Shown: in pieces, positions 59,219 through 64,000 of the stretch
Position numbering within the stretch: position 1 is the first letter of the stretch
Layout of the letters: each line of letters opens with the position of its first letter
Assembly: GCA_903901225.1 (NCBI GenBank)
Contig: CAIUQE010000031.1
Location: 28,676 to 92,675, forward strand
DNA length: 64,000 bases
Direction of reading: 5' to 3'
Source of the DNA: Candidatus Omnitrophota bacterium
GTDB lineage: Bacteria > Omnitrophota > Gorgyraeia > Zapsychrales > Fredricksoniimonadaceae
Position numbers and translations under genes: made by a program
The notes under the pieces: generated by a model
Database searches by the model: none
What the model was told of the DNA's origin: nothing
The model's input: only the letters and a program-made list of their open reading frames with translations

Positions 59219-60570
59219 CGAAAGAACCCAAGAGCGAACGCGCCAGTGCCAAGGACGAAGTGGCCGCACCCGCGGCGGCATCCGCGCCGGCGTCCGCGCC
59301 GGTCAACGGCGGCACGGCTAAGACCCTGAATATCGAGGAATTGAAAGAAATGAAGATGGCGGAGCTTTCGCAGACGGCGCGCGCGCTCAATGTCGAGGGT
59401 GTCAGCGTCCTGAAAAAGCACGACCTCATTTTTAAGATCCTGCAGGCGCAGGCGGAAAAGGACGGCCTCATGTTCGGCTCGGGCGTCCTGGAAGTCCTCT
59501 CTGAAGGCTTCGGCTTCCTGAGGAGCTCCGGTTACAATTATTTGCCATGTCCCGATGACATTTATATTTCCCCGTCGCAGATCAGGCGCTTTGACCTGAA
59601 GACCGGCGACACGGTGAGCGGCCAGATCCGCCCGCCCAAGGAGGGAGAGAAATATTTTGCCCTCCTGAAGGTCGAGGCGGTCAACCTGGAGAACCCCGAC
59701 AAGTGCAAGGACAAGATCCTTTTTGACAACCTGACGCCGCTTTATCCCAATGAACGGTTGAAGCTGGAGAGCCCGGACGATATTTCCATGCGCATCATGG
59801 ACCTGTTGACCCCCATCGGAAAAGGGCAGAGGGCACTGATCGTCGCGCCGCCCTACAGCGGCAAGACCGTGCTCCTGCAGAAGATCGCCAACGCCATCAC
59901 GCTCAACCATCCGGAAGTGGTCATGATCGTCCTTCTGATCGACGAGCGCCCGGAAGAGGTCACGGACATGCAGCGCGGCGTCAAGGCCGAGGTCGTTTCA
60001 TCGACCTTCGACGAGCCGGCGGAGCGCCACGTCCAGGTCGCGGAGATCGTGCTCGAGAAAGCCAAACGTCTCGTTGAACACAAGCGCGACGTCGTCATCC
60101 TGCTGGATTCCATCACGCGCCTGGCACGCGCCTACAACACCGTTGTGCCGCATTCGGGCAAGATCCTTTCCGGTGGTGTTGATTCCAGCGCGCTGCACAA
60201 GCCCAAGCGTTTCTTCGGTGCCGCGCGCAACATCGAGGAGGGCGGGTCGCTCACGATCATCGCCACGGCCCTGGTCGATACCGGCAGCCGCATGGACGAG
60301 GTCATTTTCGAGGAGTTCAAGGGGACGGGTAACATGGAACTCCAGCTCGACCGCAGCCTCTTCCAGCGCCGCATTTATCCGGCCATCGACATCAAGCGTT
60401 CCAACACGCGCCATGAGGAGCTGTTGACAACGAAGGAACAGTTGCAGCGGATGTGGCTCCTGCGCAAGGTTTTCAACGACCTCAATTCCGCGGAGGCGAT
60501 GGAAATTTTGATCCAGAAAATGTCCCAGGCCAAGAACAACGAGGAATTCTTGCAAAATATGAACAAATAA
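59215..60570 (+). CDS. rho: transcription termination factor Rho
   Basis: [43 protein letters not shown]. Confidence 0.97.
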   Translation: MTKEPKSERASAKDEVAAPAAASAPASAPVNGGTAKTLNIEELKEMKMAELSQTARALNVEGVSVLKKHDLIFKILQAQAEKDGLMFGSGVLEVLSEGFGFLRSSGYNYLPCPDDIYISPSQIRRFDLKTGDTVSGQIRPPKEGEKYFALLKVEAVNLENPDKCKDKILFDNLTPLYPNERLKLESPDDISMRIMDLLTPIGKGQRALIVAPPYSGKTVLLQKIANAITLNHPEVVMIVLLIDERPEEVTDMQRGVKAEVVSSTFDEPAERHVQVAEIVLEKAKRLVEHKRDVVILLDSITRLARAYNTVVPHSGKILSGGVDSSALHKPKRFFGAARNIEEGGSLTIIATALVDTGSRMDEVIFEEFKGTGNMELQLDRSLFQRRIYPAIDIKRSNTRHEELLTTKEQLQRMWLLRKVFNDLNSAEAMEILIQKMSQAKNNEEFLQNMNK

Positions 60571-60578
60571 GCTATAAT
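60550..60578 (+). promoter_or_regulatory. promoter of rpmE-prfA-prmC-murA
   Basis: TTGCAA-17 bp-TATAAT straddling the rho stop. Confidence 0.75.
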
Positions 60579-60655
60579 TTCGCCTCATTTGAAACCTGCG
60601 CAACCCCGGGGGGGTGGCAGGGAAGGGCGTGACCGGTTAACAGAAGGAAGGCATT

Positions 60656-60859
60656 ATGAAAGACGGAATTCATCCTGATTATCAGGAAACAACGATCACC
60701 TGCGCGTGCGGCCGCGTGATGCACACGAGGGCCACCAGAAAGAACATCCGCGTCGAGATCTGCGCGAGCTGCCATCCGTTCTTCACGGGGTCCAAGAAGA
60801 TCCTTGATACCACGGGACGCATTGAACGCTTCCAGAAGCGTTATGCTAAAGGAAAGTAA
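60656..60859 (+). CDS. rpmE: 50S ribosomal protein L31 (zinc-binding type)
   Basis: [29 protein letters not shown]. Confidence 0.97.
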   Translation: MKDGIHPDYQETTITCACGRVMHTRATRKNIRVEICASCHPFFTGSKKILDTTGRIERFQKRYAKGK

Positions 60860-61919
60860 TCTCAAACGCCTGGCGGACGCCACAGCCCGCCAGGCGGAAC
60901 TTGAGAGCTTGCTCGCCCTCGCCACGACAGTGGCCGACCAGGACAAATACCAGAAACTTGCCAAAGAATTTTCCGACCTTACGCCGGTCGTAGAGCTGCA
61001 AAAAGCCTACGCAAGGACGCTCGCGCATACGGCCGAGGTCCGTCCTATGATCGCCACCGAGAAGGACCGTGACCTGCGTGAGATGGCCCAGCACGAGCTT
61101 GCCGAGCTTGAAGCCGCGCGTGAAGACCTCGAAACACGGATCAACGATTTCTTCGATCCTCTGAAGAATGAGAAAGACCGTGATGTCATCCTGGAGATCC
61201 GCGCCGGTACCGGAGGCGTCGAGGCGAGCATTTTTGTCGGTGACCTTTACCGGATGTATACCAAATACGCCGCGTCCAGGGGTTGGAAGATCGACCCCAT
61301 TGCCATTAGCGAGGGTGAAAAAGGTTTTAAGGAAGTCGTGTTCAGCGTCAGCGGCAAAGGCGCCTCGCGCCGGTTGAAATGGGAGAGCGGCACCCACCGG
61401 GTGCAGCGCGTTCCTGAGACCGAAGCCGCGGGCCGTATCCATACGTCAGCCGCGACCGTCGCGGTGCTGTTCGAGCCTGAAGAGGTCGACCTGGTCATTG
61501 ACACGAAGGACCTGAAGATCGATGTGTACCGTTCCTCCGGGCCGGGCGGGCAGAGCGTCAACACGGCGGACTCCGCGATCCGCGTCACGCACTTGCCGAC
61601 GGGCATGGTCGTGGTCTGTCAGGACGAGCGTTCCCAACTGAAGAACCGCATCAAGGCGATGCGCGTCCTGCGCGCGCGCCTGGGGGATTTCATGCAGCAG
61701 GAAAGGGCGAAGAAAGAGGCCGCCGCGCGCAAGGCCCAGGTCGGGACCGGCGACAGGAGCGAGAAGATCCGCACGTATAATTTCCCGGACCACAGGGTGA
61801 CCGACCATCGCGTCGGGTTTACGACCCATCAGCTGCCGGCTGTCATGGAAGGTGATCTCGATGAATTGTTCGACGCGATCCTGAGGGCCGAAGAGGACAT
61901 GCGGGACCAGGCTCAATGA
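60843..61919 (+). CDS. prfA: peptide chain release factor 1
   Basis: [13 protein letters not shown] (PxT), [16 protein letters not shown]; start reassigned to MLKES. Confidence 0.96.
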   Translation: MLKESNLKRLADATARQAELESLLALATTVADQDKYQKLAKEFSDLTPVVELQKAYARTLAHTAEVRPMIATEKDRDLREMAQHELAELEAAREDLETRINDFFDPLKNEKDRDVILEIRAGTGGVEASIFVGDLYRMYTKYAASRGWKIDPIAISEGEKGFKEVVFSVSGKGASRRLKWESGTHRVQRVPETEAAGRIHTSAATVAVLFEPEEVDLVIDTKDLKIDVYRSSGPGGQSVNTADSAIRVTHLPTGMVVVCQDERSQLKNRIKAMRVLRARLGDFMQQERAKKEAAARKAQVGTGDRSEKIRTYNFPDHRVTDHRVGFTTHQLPAVMEGDLDELFDAILRAEEDMRDQAQ

Positions 61920-62704
61920 CGGACGATGAATTTTTCCTTACGGCGATCCTCGATCGCAAGCGTTCTGATCTCTATACCCATCCCGTGCCGCTTGATCCGC
62001 CGCAGCAGGCGCGGTTCGATGAGATGCGCCGCCGCCGCGCCGCGGGTGAGCCGGTGCAGTACATCACGGGATGGACGGAATTCTTCGGCTATCGTTTTGA
62101 GGTGGGGCCGGGCGTTCTTGTGCCGCGTCCTGAGACCGAGGTTCTGGCCGATCTTCTTATCAGGGAATTGAAGGCGCAGGGGAAGAAGGAATATTTTATC
62201 CTCGATATCGGCACGGGTTGTGGTTGCCTGGCGGTCACCATGGTCAAAGAATTGCCGAATTCCCATGTTGTGGCATTGGACGTTTCCGAAGAAGCGCTTG
62301 CGTATGCCCGGCGGAACGCCGAAGTAAACGGGGTGGCGGACCGGATCGAATTCGTCCAGCGCGATATGTTCTGGTTCATGGATGAGACGTTGCACCGCTT
62401 CGACGCGGTGGTGTCAAATCCCCCCTATATCCCGGAGGCGATGATCGCCACGCTGCCCGCAGATGTCAGGAAAGAGCCACTGCTGGCGCTGGAGGCGGGC
62501 CCGGACGGGTTGCATTTTTTCAGGTTCATCATCCCTTCGTCCTGCCGAGCCCTTAAATCCGGCGGGGTCATTGCCGTCGAGATGGGGGATGGCCAGGCCA
62601 AAGAGTTGCAAAACCTCTTTGCCATCACGGGCCCTTGGGATAAAATAAAAATCTGTGATGACAACGCCGGCAGGCCAAGGGTGGCCATGGCGTGCAAACG
62701 GTAA
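61916..62704 (+). CDS. prmC: release factor glutamine methyltransferase
   Basis: GEPVQYI, PRPETE, DIGTGCG, SNPPY. Confidence 0.95.
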   Translation: MTDDEFFLTAILDRKRSDLYTHPVPLDPPQQARFDEMRRRRAAGEPVQYITGWTEFFGYRFEVGPGVLVPRPETEVLADLLIRELKAQGKKEYFILDIGTGCGCLAVTMVKELPNSHVVALDVSEEALAYARRNAEVNGVADRIEFVQRDMFWFMDETLHRFDAVVSNPPYIPEAMIATLPADVRKEPLLALEAGPDGLHFFRFIIPSSCRALKSGGVIAVEMGDGQAKELQNLFAITGPWDKIKICDDNAGRPRVAMACKR

Positions 62705-62729
62705 CAACTTCCGGATAAAGACAACTACC

Positions 62730-63998
62730 ATGGAAAAACTTGTCATTGAAGGCGGCAAAACCCTCAAGGGTGAAGTCAGGATCAGCGGTTCGAAGAACGC
62801 CACGCTTCCGGTGCTCGCGGCGACACTGCTGACCAATGAAACCTGTATCCTGCGCAATGTGCCGCGGCTGAGCGACACCTCGACCATGATCAAGCTCCTG
62901 AAGGCCCTGGGCAAGGATGTCGAGTGGGACAAGGACAAGGATGAGCTGATCATCATGTCCACCGGGACGCTCAATTCCGTGGCGACCTACGAACTTGTTT
63001 CGACGATGCGGGGGTCCATTTGCGTGCTGGGGCCTCTTCTGGCAAAACTCGGTGAGGCGAAGGTTTCCCTGCCCGGCGGTTGCGTTATCGGCGTGCGGCC
63101 CGTCGACCTTCACCAGAAGGGCATTGAGGCGCTCGGCGCCAAAGTGACCATCGAGGGCGGGTACATCATCGCCAAGGCGAAAAAGCTCAAAGGGACGCGG
63201 GTCTACCTGGCCGGGGCTTCTGGCCCGTCGGTGCTTGGCACGGCCAACATCATGATGGCGGCCACCCTCGCGGAGGGCGAGACGGCCATTGAATGCGCGG
63301 CCTGCGAACCTGAGGTCGAGGACCTTGCCAATTTTCTCAATGCCATGGGAGCCCGTATCCGGGGGCAGGGCAGCCCGCGTATCGTGATCCACGGTGTCAG
63401 GAAACTTCACGGCGCGGATTTTAAGATGTCGTCGGACCGTATCGAGGGAGGCACGTTCGTCCTGCTGGCGGCCATGGCGCGCAGCAATTTTGTCATTCGC
63501 GGCATCGATTATACCCAACTGACCGCGCTCGACGATGTGCTCAACCATATCGGGGTCAAAGTCGAGGCCGACAAGGATGTCGTGCGCGTCAAGTCCCCGA
63601 AGATACTCAAGCCTTTCAGCATCACCACGTATCCTTACCCGGGTTTTCCGACCGACCTTCAGGCCCAGTACACGGCCATCATGGCGCTCACCAACGGCGT
63701 CAGCGTCATTCGCGACACGGTGTTCCCCGACAGGTTCATGCACGTGGCGGAGCTCGCGCGCATGGGGGCGAGGATCCGCCGTGAGGGCGGGTGCGTCATT
63801 GTCGAGGGGGTCAAGGAGCTTTCGGGCGCCCCGGTGACGGCCTCCGACCTGCGCGCGTCGGCGGCGCTGGTCATGGCGGGGCTCGTGGCACAGGGAAAGA
63901 CCGAGATCCGCCGCGTCTATCACCTGGACCGCGGTTATGAGAATATCGACAAGAAGCTGGTGGCCCTGGGCGCTTCGATCAAGAGGCAAAAAGAATGA
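62730..63998 (+). CDS. murA: UDP-GlcNAc 1-carboxyvinyltransferase
   Basis: SGSKNA, LPGGCVIG.RP (active-site Cys), PGFPTDLQ, DLRASA, HLDRGY. Confidence 0.97.
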   Translation: MEKLVIEGGKTLKGEVRISGSKNATLPVLAATLLTNETCILRNVPRLSDTSTMIKLLKALGKDVEWDKDKDELIIMSTGTLNSVATYELVSTMRGSICVLGPLLAKLGEAKVSLPGGCVIGVRPVDLHQKGIEALGAKVTIEGGYIIAKAKKLKGTRVYLAGASGPSVLGTANIMMAATLAEGETAIECAACEPEVEDLANFLNAMGARIRGQGSPRIVIHGVRKLHGADFKMSSDRIEGGTFVLLAAMARSNFVIRGIDYTQLTALDDVLNHIGVKVEADKDVVRVKSPKILKPFSITTYPYPGFPTDLQAQYTAIMALTNGVSVIRDTVFPDRFMHVAELARMGARIRREGGCVIVEGVKELSGAPVTASDLRASAALVMAGLVAQGKTEIRRVYHLDRGYENIDKKLVALGASIKRQKE

Positions 63999-64000
63999 TC

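Noticed and set aside
60804-60860. Programmed frameshift in the release factor gene
   Set aside because: The protein is RF1 (PxT motif) in a single frame; the overlap with rpmE is explained by an ATG at 60843.
62730-63998. Chlamydia-like fosfomycin-resistant MurA
   Set aside because: The active-site Cys is retained (LPGGCVIG).

Overview
This is a ~57-60% GC (by eye) bacterial chromosomal window with essentially all genes on the + strand. It is probably from the PVC-related Ca. Omnitrophota; this is an inference from the murC-ddl fusion and a 'GGIDL' C-terminal module I associate with that group's giant proteins. The window opens with the AT-rich 3' end of a large ORF whose kinase-like domain is bracketed by two near-identical S-D-x-S-M linkers and capped by a GC-rich GGIDL module. 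This is the best candidate for an undescribed modular polyprotein/effector system. Next come tRNA-Pro(CGG) with two 50-bp palindromic repeats and acyP-ligA-lipoprotein-xerD-cca-rbfA-nrnA-truB-ribF. The dcw cluster (mraZ to ftsA) carries extra genes and a murC-ddl fusion, has no murB, and has a response regulator where ftsZ normally sits. It is followed by queA-GGCT-HD-GYP-tgt, a heme-oxygenase/globin-like fusion plus a coiled-coil partner, exported msrB/msrA, and a MarR-TolC-RND-MFS operon running into trmD-rplS-rnhB-yraN. A mosaic accessory region (~42.3-51.2 kb) holds a truncated beta-barrel, a direct-repeat-flanked aroD, an AAA-DUF4143 gene, radical SAM, GT4, exosortase/EpsI and a hipBST-like toxin-antitoxin system. 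The window ends with fchA-folD-oxidoreductase-TPR-polA-glgA-coaE-rho-rpmE-prfA-prmC-murA. All calls come from manual motif recognition; no searches were run.
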